Part shown: positions 25,334 to 33,461 of the stretch, piece by piece | Numbering within the stretch: the stretch's first letter is position 1 | How the letters are laid out: the number at the start of each line of letters is the position of its first letter | Source of the DNA: a phage | Assembly (NCBI GenBank): GCA_029955215.1 | Contig: GCA_029955215.1_4351.1 | DNA: 42,897 bases | Direction: 5' to 3' (one strand) | Position numbers and translations under genes: made by a program | The notes under the pieces: model-generated | Databases searched by the model: none | The model's input: only the letters and a program-made list of their open reading frames with translations | What the model was told of the DNA's origin: nothing

Positions 25334-25695
25334 ACATTAATTCTTATACTGGTCTTCCGTATGATTTTCGCCGCCGTAATTGCTGGCACCATGTGTGTAA
25401 CGTTCGCGCGGACGCGGGGCTCCCCACGCCCGAGTTTAACGTCGCTTCGCCAACACAGATTAATGATGCCTTTGAAGAAGGCCATAAAGACACTAAAGGC
25501 CTAGTACACGTAGAAACTCCGCAAAACTTCGATGTCGTTCTGATGGCAACGCGGCACAGAAACCGTGTAATCTGGCACGCTGGCGTATATTATGGTGGTA
25601 TGGTCAGTCATTGCGAGCTAGCTAGTCGCCAGGTACGGTTAGACCGACTGGAAGACTTGCGCGAAACTTATGCGGAGATAGAATTTTGGCGCTGA
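25330..25695 (+). CDS. tail-associated NlpC/P60-family peptidase (gpK-like, putative)
   Basis: NCWHHV (candidate Cys nucleophile) and IWHAGVY (candidate His); 121 aa. Confidence 0.55.
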   Translation: MNINSYTGLPYDFRRRNCWHHVCNVRADAGLPTPEFNVASPTQINDAFEEGHKDTKGLVHVETPQNFDVVLMATRHRNRVIWHAGVYYGGMVSHCELASRQVRLDRLEDLRETYAEIEFWR

Positions 25696-28241
25696 TATTA
25701 CACTACACCCGTAACGAAGACGGTACTTTCGACCGCAAACGGTACAACGTACCGCCGATGGAATACGTCGTTGCTAACATCCCTGACGGGGTGCCGGTAC
25801 GTATTTACCGGGGCGAGATTGGCGAGGATACGGAAGTAACGGAAGATTTCGAAGCGCTGAAAGAAGACGACGTATTCCATATTATCGAAGGTGCTGGTGG
25901 CGGTGGCGGTTTTCTCGGAAAACTGCTTGACCCATTGGGTGTGCTTAAGTTTATCACTAAACTGATTTCCCCGTCGCAGAAAACGCCTAAAACTAGTTTA
26001 GCTAACCAGCAGGCGGAGTCGCCAAACAACAACCTGACGGACCGAAACAATAAACCTCGCCCGTATGAGCGGTCGTATGATATTTGCGGCAGGGTACAGA
26101 CTATCCCTAATGACCTCATGACTACCTATAAAATATTCGATGAATCCGGCCGAATTATCGAGTATGGATACTACGACGCCGGTCGAGGTTACCTGGATAT
26201 CAAAGCAGAAGACATTACTGACGGCGATACTAAAGTACAGGAGATTACAGGTACATCTGTCGCGGTGTATGCGCCGTTTACATCGCCTAACAATACAAAT
26301 ACTCCTCAGCTTCTGGTGGGGGAACCTATCAATCAGAATCTTTATATAACTATCGCTTCTAATGAAGTAGACGGAGCCGTTCTTAAAGCCCGTAACGATA
26401 TAAGGGTTAACCCTAGCGACACGGGCCGTGTGAGATATGACTCTGCTACAAAAATTGGATACCTGTATGATGGCACGGGGGATTCTGGCTTCGCGGAAAT
26501 ATTATCTGTTGGCGATACCGCGTCGTTCAATAACTTTGACGTTCCGGACGTAACAAATACCAACGGCAACTTTCGTGTTCTTTATGTCGATAACTTCGAG
26601 CTGCGGGTCGACACCGGCGGCGCGTCTAACTGGGCTGCTTTAGGTTCAACCACCTATTCACTTTCCCCGAGAAGTGACACGTGGGTGGGCCCTGTGAATA
26701 CGTATGAAAGAACATTAACCGACTGGACCACCTTAAACCGCCTGGAAGTTGAACGAGTAGTTGCTAACATTGCCGCCGCGAATGGCATGTACAAGGACAA
26801 CGGCAGTAAATTGCGCACCGCTGTAACTGTAGAGCTTCAATATCAGCTACTAGATGAATCCGGGGCGCCGTACGGAAGCATTTACTCGAAACAGGCCACT
26901 ATATCCGGGCGGTCCGCAGATTACACCGGGGTCACCATTTACGCCGACCTGCCCGTGCGGTCGAAAGTCAGGGTACGCGCCCGGCGTGTTACCAACCTGG
27001 ACCTCGATTTCGAGGGCACCGTGGTAGACGAGGTTTCCTACATCAACCTTTACGGGCAGGTCCGCGACACTACGCCGCATTACGGCAACCGTACTACTGT
27101 ACACTCTGCACGTAAGCAGACGCCGCGGGCCGCAGAGATTAAGCAGCCGCAGCTACGTATGGTCGCGACGGAGATGGTGTACAAATACCTCGGCAACGGC
27201 GTATTTGACGCGGTTATGACACCTAATACCCAAGCCGTTCAGTCGTTAATACGCCTGGCGCGGGACCCAGTAGTAGGAAACCTCAATCTCACCACGGCTA
27301 ACATGGATAAGTTGTTGGCTACGCAAGCAGAGATTGAAAATTATTTCGGAAATGCTGAGGCTGGGCAGTTCTGCTACACATTCGATGATTACAAAACGAC
27401 TATGCAGGACATCATCAGCACAATAGCTGATGCTATTTTCTGCACGCCATATCGTAAAGGGCAAGACATATTACTGGATTTCGAGCGCCCTCGTATGGGG
27501 CCGGAGATGGTATTCACCCACCGCAGTAAAACAACGGCATCCGAGAGGTGGACTAGGACATTCAACGACGCTCAGGTATACGATAGTCTTAAGTTCTCCT
27601 ACATCGACCCAGATACCAACGTAAAAGAGACTATTAGCATTCCAGCCGAGGGTGGTGTTAATACCGAAACGTATGACTCCAAGGGTATACGTAATTATCG
27701 CCAGGCGTACTGGGCGGCGTACCGCCGCTACCAGAAAAACCTGTTGAAGAAGGTAACGGTATCATTCACGGCGACAGAAGAAGGGATTTTTGCAATGCCT
27801 GGGCGTGCGGTAAGTGTGGTAAAAGGTTCGCGTATGGCTCCACAAGACGGCTATGTAATCGCCGTTAACGGGCTTACGCTTACTCTTTCTCGGCCGGTCG
27901 CGTTTACTCCTGGGGATGACCACTCACTGATTCTTAAGAAGCGAGACGGGGGAGTTCAAAGTGTTGCCGTTGTGCCTGGAAGCCACGACCGTGAAGTGGT
28001 TATGCTATCCGCGCCGCAGGAGGCAATTTACACGGGGAATAGCGCACTAAAAACTGAGTTTTCATTCGGCAACGAAGCAAGGCATAATGCTCAGATGATT
28101 CTTGTTTCTACAGTTGACCCCGGAGATGACAGAACAGTTAAGATTACCGGGATTAACTATGAAGCAGATTTCTATAAATACGACGGCGTCGCGCCTTTCG
28201 GGCGCGGTTTCTCCGACGGATTCAGCAACGGTTTTAGTTAA
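25686..28241 (+). CDS. tail tip / central tail fiber protein (gpJ-like, putative)
   Basis: 851 aa in the distal tail block; poly-Gly linker GAGGGGGFLG; start codon ambiguous (TTG 25686 or ATG 25758). Confidence 0.6.
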   Translation: MALILHYTRNEDGTFDRKRYNVPPMEYVVANIPDGVPVRIYRGEIGEDTEVTEDFEALKEDDVFHIIEGAGGGGGFLGKLLDPLGVLKFITKLISPSQKTPKTSLANQQAESPNNNLTDRNNKPRPYERSYDICGRVQTIPNDLMTTYKIFDESGRIIEYGYYDAGRGYLDIKAEDITDGDTKVQEITGTSVAVYAPFTSPNNTNTPQLLVGEPINQNLYITIASNEVDGAVLKARNDIRVNPSDTGRVRYDSATKIGYLYDGTGDSGFAEILSVGDTASFNNFDVPDVTNTNGNFRVLYVDNFELRVDTGGASNWAALGSTTYSLSPRSDTWVGPVNTYERTLTDWTTLNRLEVERVVANIAAANGMYKDNGSKLRTAVTVELQYQLLDESGAPYGSIYSKQATISGRSADYTGVTIYADLPVRSKVRVRARRVTNLDLDFEGTVVDEVSYINLYGQVRDTTPHYGNRTTVHSARKQTPRAAEIKQPQLRMVATEMVYKYLGNGVFDAVMTPNTQAVQSLIRLARDPVVGNLNLTTANMDKLLATQAEIENYFGNAEAGQFCYTFDDYKTTMQDIISTIADAIFCTPYRKGQDILLDFERPRMGPEMVFTHRSKTTASERWTRTFNDAQVYDSLKFSYIDPDTNVKETISIPAEGGVNTETYDSKGIRNYRQAYWAAYRRYQKNLLKKVTVSFTATEEGIFAMPGRAVSVVKGSRMAPQDGYVIAVNGLTLTLSRPVAFTPGDDHSLILKKRDGGVQSVAVVPGSHDREVVMLSAPQEAIYTGNSALKTEFSFGNEARHNAQMILVSTVDPGDDRTVKITGINYEADFYKYDGVAPFGRGFSDGFSNGFS

Positions 28242-28253
28242 AGAGGACTCTAT

Positions 28254-30344
28254 ATGTCAAGCGGATGCGGTGACGTTTTAAGCTTGGCGGATTTACAAAC
28301 CGCCAAGAAACACCAGATTTTTGAAGCCGAGGTTATCACCGGTAAATCCGGCGGTGTTGCTACGGGAGCTGATATCGATTACGCGACCAACCCTGTTACC
28401 GGCCAGACTCAAAAGACGCTACCCGCCGTGTTGCGTGACGCTGGTTTTTCGCCCGTGTCATGGGACTTCGCCACTGGCGGTACGTTAACAGTTAGTGACC
28501 GCGACAAAGTGGTGTACGACCCTGTAAGTGAAACATGGTACTCATACGCAGGTACACTACCTGTTACAGTCCCCGCTGGTTTTAACCCTGTTGGTAATGC
28601 GGACTGGAAGCCGCAGACAGACCCGGATTTGAGGTCCGATTTAACCGCCCCATCATCGGGTCTTATTGTCGATGCATCCAATATTTTCATCAAAGCTAGT
28701 TCTCCTGGTACAAAGGATGTTCCGTTAAACACATTTGCGGGCCAGATGGTTAGTTTACTTAATTTCCAGGGAGTGGTAGCCGATGGTATAACCGATACAC
28801 GAGCCGGGGTGCAAGCTGCGATAGACGCGTGTGCTCTCGCTGGGGTTACGTTATATATCCCAGACGGTGTGTATGCTTTCGGAAACTTCTTCACCCAACC
28901 TTCTAATTCTAAGCTAGTTTTCGGTGAAAATGCATGGTTTAAACTACTAAATAACACCACCTGGCCTGGGCTTGGCGGTATAGGCCACTTCCACAACACC
29001 GGAACTAACTACAATGATTTCCTTAATACGGACGGTGAAACTATTAAGTATGTAGAAGCTACCAATGTAGTCACTGTAGGAATGAAGCTGGACTGTAACA
29101 ATATTGAGGGTGAAAACGGCATTTCATCAGCATGGGGTTCTAATATCCGCCATATCCGCCCTATAGTTAAGAATACAGTACACACAAACACCGCTCTAGG
29201 CGGTAGGGCGTTTCAGATAGAAGGTGAGCTAAACCAAGATATTGTAGTATCAGATGCCACTATTATTGATTGCTCTATTGGGTGCAATAGCCAAGGTTTA
29301 GCAGGCAGCACAACCGCCAACACCCGCGCAGTAACTTACGACGGTATTTTCATGAAAAATGTTGGAGTACCATTTAACATCGATGGGCAGGTATCCAACC
29401 CCGAAACCGCAGACGGCAGAGTACATTCAGTAACCGCATACAATGTAACATTGCATAATTGTGGCGGGCCGAAAGCACCATTTGCATCCCAATTAGACGG
29501 CGGCATTATTTGCGGGGATCGTGGGGCTGGTTTAGCAATATACGGTCTTCGTTTGATAAATGAGGATTCTTATGGTGGTATAGGCGCGGTGTTTAGAGGG
29601 GTTATTTATAACGTAGCTATACACGACGCAGATTTAACAGCCCCTTATATTAGTGCCATTGTCGACCACACTCCGCCGGGGTTTGGCTCACCATCACTGG
29701 CAGCATTAGGCGGTTTTGTGTCGACAAGGAACGTTAAAGTAAACGCGAATATTGACTACATAGCTAATGGGCCTAACAACAGTATAGGTCCTCACAGCCT
29801 TAGATTAGATATAGATATGGCTAAGGCATCTATTACAACATTGTTTGGTTCGAGCATAGCCTCGGACCCTACCACGCTGGCTATGGTGGAAATATTAGAT
29901 ACCAACACCGGGACAAGTAGTGGGTATCGGTCCTTTGGGGACATATACCGTGAAGGCAACTCCCCATCTGTCTGTATAAAACGAAAAGATTCCATCGGGC
30001 CTGTAGTCCCGGTTGATGCGTCTGGCGCGAGTCTACCCCTTACCCCTAATGGGGTCCAACGTTTTGTTAGAAATGGAAATACCGTCACAATATCTATCGA
30101 TGTAACTTACCCAACCACAGCGGACTCTCGCCCTGCGACCATATCAGGTATTCCGGTTCCAGGAGTAACAGGAGTAAATTATTGCGGCATTGGTACTGTT
30201 CTTAACGGTGCTGCTGTTGGTACTATTGCGGTGGTTAAAGGTGGGGAAAATTTTATAAGACTTTTAACTCCAACCGGCTCCAATACCCTAAACAGTGATT
30301 TATCTGGTAAAAATATTTCTATATCACTTACGTATATGTTCTGA
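28254..30344 (+). CDS. tailspike with right-handed beta-helix (pectate-lyase-like) depolymerase domain
   Basis: 696 aa; GITDTRAGVQAAIDACALAGVTLYIPDGVYAF signature typical of beta-helix tailspikes; AAGAGGA RBS. Confidence 0.75.
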   Translation: MSSGCGDVLSLADLQTAKKHQIFEAEVITGKSGGVATGADIDYATNPVTGQTQKTLPAVLRDAGFSPVSWDFATGGTLTVSDRDKVVYDPVSETWYSYAGTLPVTVPAGFNPVGNADWKPQTDPDLRSDLTAPSSGLIVDASNIFIKASSPGTKDVPLNTFAGQMVSLLNFQGVVADGITDTRAGVQAAIDACALAGVTLYIPDGVYAFGNFFTQPSNSKLVFGENAWFKLLNNTTWPGLGGIGHFHNTGTNYNDFLNTDGETIKYVEATNVVTVGMKLDCNNIEGENGISSAWGSNIRHIRPIVKNTVHTNTALGGRAFQIEGELNQDIVVSDATIIDCSIGCNSQGLAGSTTANTRAVTYDGIFMKNVGVPFNIDGQVSNPETADGRVHSVTAYNVTLHNCGGPKAPFASQLDGGIICGDRGAGLAIYGLRLINEDSYGGIGAVFRGVIYNVAIHDADLTAPYISAIVDHTPPGFGSPSLAALGGFVSTRNVKVNANIDYIANGPNNSIGPHSLRLDIDMAKASITTLFGSSIASDPTTLAMVEILDTNTGTSSGYRSFGDIYREGNSPSVCIKRKDSIGPVVPVDASGASLPLTPNGVQRFVRNGNTVTISIDVTYPTTADSRPATISGIPVPGVTGVNYCGIGTVLNGAAVGTIAVVKGGENFIRLLTPTGSNTLNSDLSGKNISISLTYMF

Positions 30345-30349
30345 TAACT

Positions 30350-30371
30350 AAGGCCCCAACGGGGCCTTTTA
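30350..30371. terminator. bidirectional rho-independent terminator
   Basis: aaggcccc-aac-ggggcctt followed by tttta; between convergent tailspike and minus-strand module. Confidence 0.8.
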
Positions 30372-30372
30372 T

Positions 30373-30513
30373 CTACTCTTCTGATAACTTCTCCAGTACA
30401 AACGCCAGTTGCGCATTAGCGGCGTCTCTTTGCTGCCGTAGTCGTAGAACTTCTTCTTCAAGTTCCTTGATACGTTTTTGCAATGCGGGAATCGGGGCTA
30501 TGATGTTCATCAT
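30373..30513 (-). CDS. small coiled-coil protein (46 aa, not in ORF track)
   Basis: ATG overlapping stop of upstream gene; MMNIIAPIPALQKRIKELEEEV... Confidence 0.4.
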   Translation of the reverse strand: MMNIIAPIPALQKRIKELEEEVLRLRQQRDAANAQLAFVLEKLSEE

Positions 30514-30698
30514 TCGAACTCCACCAAATCACCGTTAAAGAACTCGGCAACTATATAACCAGAATCGGGGTCATAGTCTGCTATACTTTCTGCTCCGCTT
30601 TCATCCACCACTCGGTACTCTATGCCGTTGTAGATGGTCTGGTATTCCTCGCCTTCTATAAAATCATCGATTGTGGAACTTACGCAAAACAGTTTCAT
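30510..30698 (-). CDS. hypothetical acidic protein (62 aa)
   Basis: ORF coupled to helicase gene. Confidence 0.45.
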   Translation of the reverse strand: MKLFCVSSTIDDFIEGEEYQTIYNGIEYRVVDESGAESIADYDPDSGYIVAEFFNGDLVEFE

Positions 30699-32119
30699 TT
30701 CTTACCTCGTCTCTTCATGTAATTAAGCAACTCTTCCTGGACAGATTTCTTCTCGTCCGTACGCGCGGCAACAACCTCGTCCAGCGTGTCTTTAGCGACG
30801 ATATGATAGAGGAACACCGGGCGCTCGTGGCCTGCCTGTTTCTGGCGTACAGGGCCTATACGCTCGACGACCTGCAAATAGTGCTCAAGGTTCCAGCCTT
30901 GCGAGATGAATGCCAGATGATGCCCGCCGTCCTGTAAATTCAAACCATGCCCGGCTGACGCAGGGTGTACGCATAAGATTTCGATTTCCCCGCGGTTCCA
31001 CGCTTCCATCTGCTTATTGCCCTTAGCACCTTTTGCGAACGCCTGCGCCTGCGGGAATCGCTTAAGGATGCGCTCCAGTTCGTGCTTAAACTGATAGGCC
31101 ACCAGTAACGGCGCCCCCTGTAACTCCTCAACAATTGACTCCAGTGCGTCCAGTTTTGTGTCGTGCACTTTCTCCCATTCTTTCGTCGCTTCGCCGTCTG
31201 GCCCCGACACATACACGGCACCGGAGGCAATTTGCAAGCACTTTGACGTCTTCGCCGCGGCGTTAGCCGCCTCAACTTCTCCGCTCTCCAGTTCCGCGAA
31301 TAACTTCTCCTCCATATCTATGTACGCCTGACGTGCTTTCTTCGGCAGGTCGATTTCCACCGGTACGATAACAGGCGCTTCACATCCGAACCACTCGGCG
31401 GCGTCAATCGTGAGACTAATGTCCTTCATCTTCTGGTGAATCTCATTATCCGCACCCGGGCGCGCATGATATTCACGGGCCATAGCTGATTTGCCTTTCT
31501 GTACCGAGTTAAACCAGCGGTCGGTGAATGCCGTATATGAAGAACCAAGACGCTCGCCCGCGTCGATAAACCAGTTCTGCCCCCACAAGTCTTTGAGGCC
31601 GTTTGGTGATGGTGTGCCGGTGAGGTTAATGAATCGCTTGACCTTGCCGAACGCCACTTTACTAAGAGCCTTCGCGCGCTTGCTTCCGCCGGAACGGCTG
31701 CGGAACGATTTCAGCTTCGTGCTTTCATCGGCAACGATAACCGTAAAAGGCCAGTCGTCTTTGCCGTAGTAGTCAATCAGCCACTCGATAACTTCGTAGT
31801 TAGTGCACACCACGTTGGCGTCTGACTCCAGCGCCGCGATACGGCGCTTCTCTGAGCCAGTGGCATCGACGACGCGCAGACACGGGAAACCCCACTTAGT
31901 TTGTTCTGCGGGCCACGTACCAGACGCAACACGTAACGGGGCGAGGATTAACACGCGGTCCTCTTCCGTAAGCTGCCCGTTGCGGAACAGGCGGTTTAGA
32001 ACCCACATCGTTGCGGAACTTTTGCCCGCGCCCATCGAGGCCCAAATATTACAGCGCGGATGCCGTAGCATGAACGAAGTCATGAGTTTCTGGTACTCTC
32101 GCCTTTGAAACTTACTCAT
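30695..32119 (-). CDS. SNF2/DEAD-like superfamily-2 helicase
   Basis: Walker A GAGKS, DESTK box, LTGTPSPNGL motif; start set at ATG after gaggtg RBS. Confidence 0.85.
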   Translation of the reverse strand: MSKFQRREYQKLMTSFMLRHPRCNIWASMGAGKSSATMWVLNRLFRNGQLTEEDRVLILAPLRVASGTWPAEQTKWGFPCLRVVDATGSEKRRIAALESDANVVCTNYEVIEWLIDYYGKDDWPFTVIVADESTKLKSFRSRSGGSKRAKALSKVAFGKVKRFINLTGTPSPNGLKDLWGQNWFIDAGERLGSSYTAFTDRWFNSVQKGKSAMAREYHARPGADNEIHQKMKDISLTIDAAEWFGCEAPVIVPVEIDLPKKARQAYIDMEEKLFAELESGEVEAANAAAKTSKCLQIASGAVYVSGPDGEATKEWEKVHDTKLDALESIVEELQGAPLLVAYQFKHELERILKRFPQAQAFAKGAKGNKQMEAWNRGEIEILCVHPASAGHGLNLQDGGHHLAFISQGWNLEHYLQVVERIGPVRQKQAGHERPVFLYHIVAKDTLDEVVAARTDEKKSVQEELLNYMKRRGKK

Positions 32120-32375
32120 TTTGCAAATCACCTCGTTCTTTGGCGAACCTTAACGCCCTTCTGGCGGCCGATGAGTTTGAAGTATATCTGTGGCCGCATG
32201 TTTTGCATTCTAACTTCGGCGTTCCGTTTTTAGTTTCTCCGATAACAATGACATTACGCCACCTGATAAAGCTACTGTCTCTGTGGCCGTCTCTGGTGGA
32301 AAATGATGACGCAAGCCAGGCGCCCTCCCACTCCCGCAAACACTTAACACATCGCAAGCTATGATGTACTGTCAT
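32112..32375 (-). CDS. zinc-ribbon protein (87 aa)
   Basis: CVKC ... CKTCGH cysteine pairs. Confidence 0.45.
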   Translation of the reverse strand: MTVHHSLRCVKCLREWEGAWLASSFSTRDGHRDSSFIRWRNVIVIGETKNGTPKLECKTCGHRYTSNSSAARRALRFAKERGDLQNE

Positions 32376-32566
32376 TTTGCCACCAGTACCAGTTCTTTAC
32401 GCCCAAACGCTGTAACGTTACCCGTTACATCTTCGATAACCAGTTTACCGTTCGACTCGACGAACACAGTATCAACGGCAACAGGCCGGCGTGTCTTAAC
32501 GTTGAAAATCATGTCGCCAGGTACGATGTCGCGTGCCGGTTTGCGGTCATATTCGTATTTATTCAT
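32372..32566 (-). CDS. hypothetical protein (64 aa)
   Basis: Overlapping stop/start with neighbours. Confidence 0.4.
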   Translation of the reverse strand: MNKYEYDRKPARDIVPGDMIFNVKTRRPVAVDTVFVESNGKLVIEDVTGNVTAFGRKELVLVAK

Positions 32567-32769
32567 TATTCGTCTTCCTCTGTGCAGTAGTTTTCTAGTA
32601 CATAATTCAGTGCGTTACGTTTTGCCTCGTCTATACATATGCACAGTCGGTCAAATTCAAGATCATCTAAAACAGATTCAGCGCCAACTAATCCCTCCAA
32701 TGCGGTTACAATGTCGCCATCATATTTTTCGTACATGTACTTAACGATGTGCGGGTCTAACTTTCTCAT
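32566..32769 (-). CDS. hypothetical acidic protein (67 aa)
   Basis: First gene downstream of class II promoter 32805-32833. Confidence 0.45.
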   Translation of the reverse strand: MRKLDPHIVKYMYEKYDGDIVTALEGLVGAESVLDDLEFDRLCICIDEAKRNALNYVLENYCTEEDE

Positions 32770-32801
32770 TTCTCAATTCCTTATATTGTTGGTGTGTGTG
32801 G

Positions 32802-33086
32802 TTAACTATAATAGTTCACTATTAGGTCGTCAACCTCTTCTTTTGTTCCTACTACAAAAACATTTGCGCCACGTTTACGAAGCCGTTTGTGCTCCCGCAA
32901 CTGATGGTCCTCCGGTTCCGTGTTTTCATCCTTCTTCACCTCTACAAACCATATCACTCCTCCTGGAAGGGCGACTAACAGGTCAGGCGCTCCGTTTCTA
33001 CCCTCGTACGACAGCTTACGAACGAGGCCGCCAATAGCCTCGAATCGGTCTTTTGCGTATTTCTGTATTTTGCCTTCCGGGGTCAT
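32802..33086 (-). CDS. VRR-NUC domain nuclease
   Basis: PDLLVALPGGVIWFVEVK (D...E-x-K) ; start at ATG 33086 (ORF track TTG 33101). Confidence 0.65.
   Translation of the reverse strand: MTPEGKIQKYAKDRFEAIGGLVRKLSYEGRNGAPDLLVALPGGVIWFVEVKKDENTEPEDHQLREHKRLRKRGANVFVVGTKEEVDDLIVNYYS
32805..32833 (-). promoter_or_regulatory. sigma70-like promoter, class II (TTGACG-N17-TATAGT) on minus strand
   Basis: Minus-strand reading ttgacg-acctaatagtgaactat-tatagt; contains AATAG-N4-CTATT core. Confidence 0.6.
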
Positions 33087-33235
33087 TAGCGCAGAACCCA
33101 AGTAAGGAAAGCCCCTCCTAGAACGGCAATACCGACAAACTTAAAGAACAGACCGTAACAGAACATCGCAGCTATTCCCGCGCCGGATAACAGTGCGAGC
33201 ATGGTTACTGTCGTCCAAAATACAAACATTGTCAT
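33086..33235 (-). CDS. micro-ORF c: small membrane protein (49 aa, not in ORF track)
   Basis: ATG overlaps upstream stop; hydrophobic MTMFVFWTTVTMLALLSGAGIAAMF... Confidence 0.35.
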   Translation of the reverse strand: MTMFVFWTTVTMLALLSGAGIAAMFCYGLFFKFVGIAVLGGAFLTWVLR

Positions 33236-33321
33236 AATACGCACCCCTCACGTTTCGTATGCGCAATGCCACAGCGCGGACAGATTCGACAGTCTTCTTC
33301 ATAGAACCAGTAAATTTTCAT
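33232..33321 (-). CDS. micro-ORF b: zinc-ribbon mini-protein (29 aa)
   Basis: CRICPRCG; ATG overlaps stop of micro-ORF a. Confidence 0.3.
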   Translation of the reverse strand: MKIYWFYEEDCRICPRCGIAHTKREGCVL

Positions 33322-33449
33322 TCCAGCACCCACAGATAAATTGCGATTAACATACACAATACGGCAACCATCATTCCGTATTGACCTTCGTGACAGTAAA
33401 CCCCGGCGGCGAATCCCGCCAGCGCCGTAACAATCAGTTTACTTAGCAT
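33318..33449 (-). CDS. micro-ORF a: small membrane protein (43 aa)
   Basis: ATG 33449 after gaggtg RBS, 12 nt after polymerase stop; hydrophobic core. Confidence 0.35.
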   Translation of the reverse strand: MLSKLIVTALAGFAAGVYCHEGQYGMMVAVLCMLIAIYLWVLE

Positions 33450-33461
33450 TAGAACCACCTC

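Noticed and set aside
28409-28999. 196-aa minus-strand ORF within the tailspike gene
   Set aside because: Antisense to a tailspike with recognisable beta-helix signature; no expression signals.
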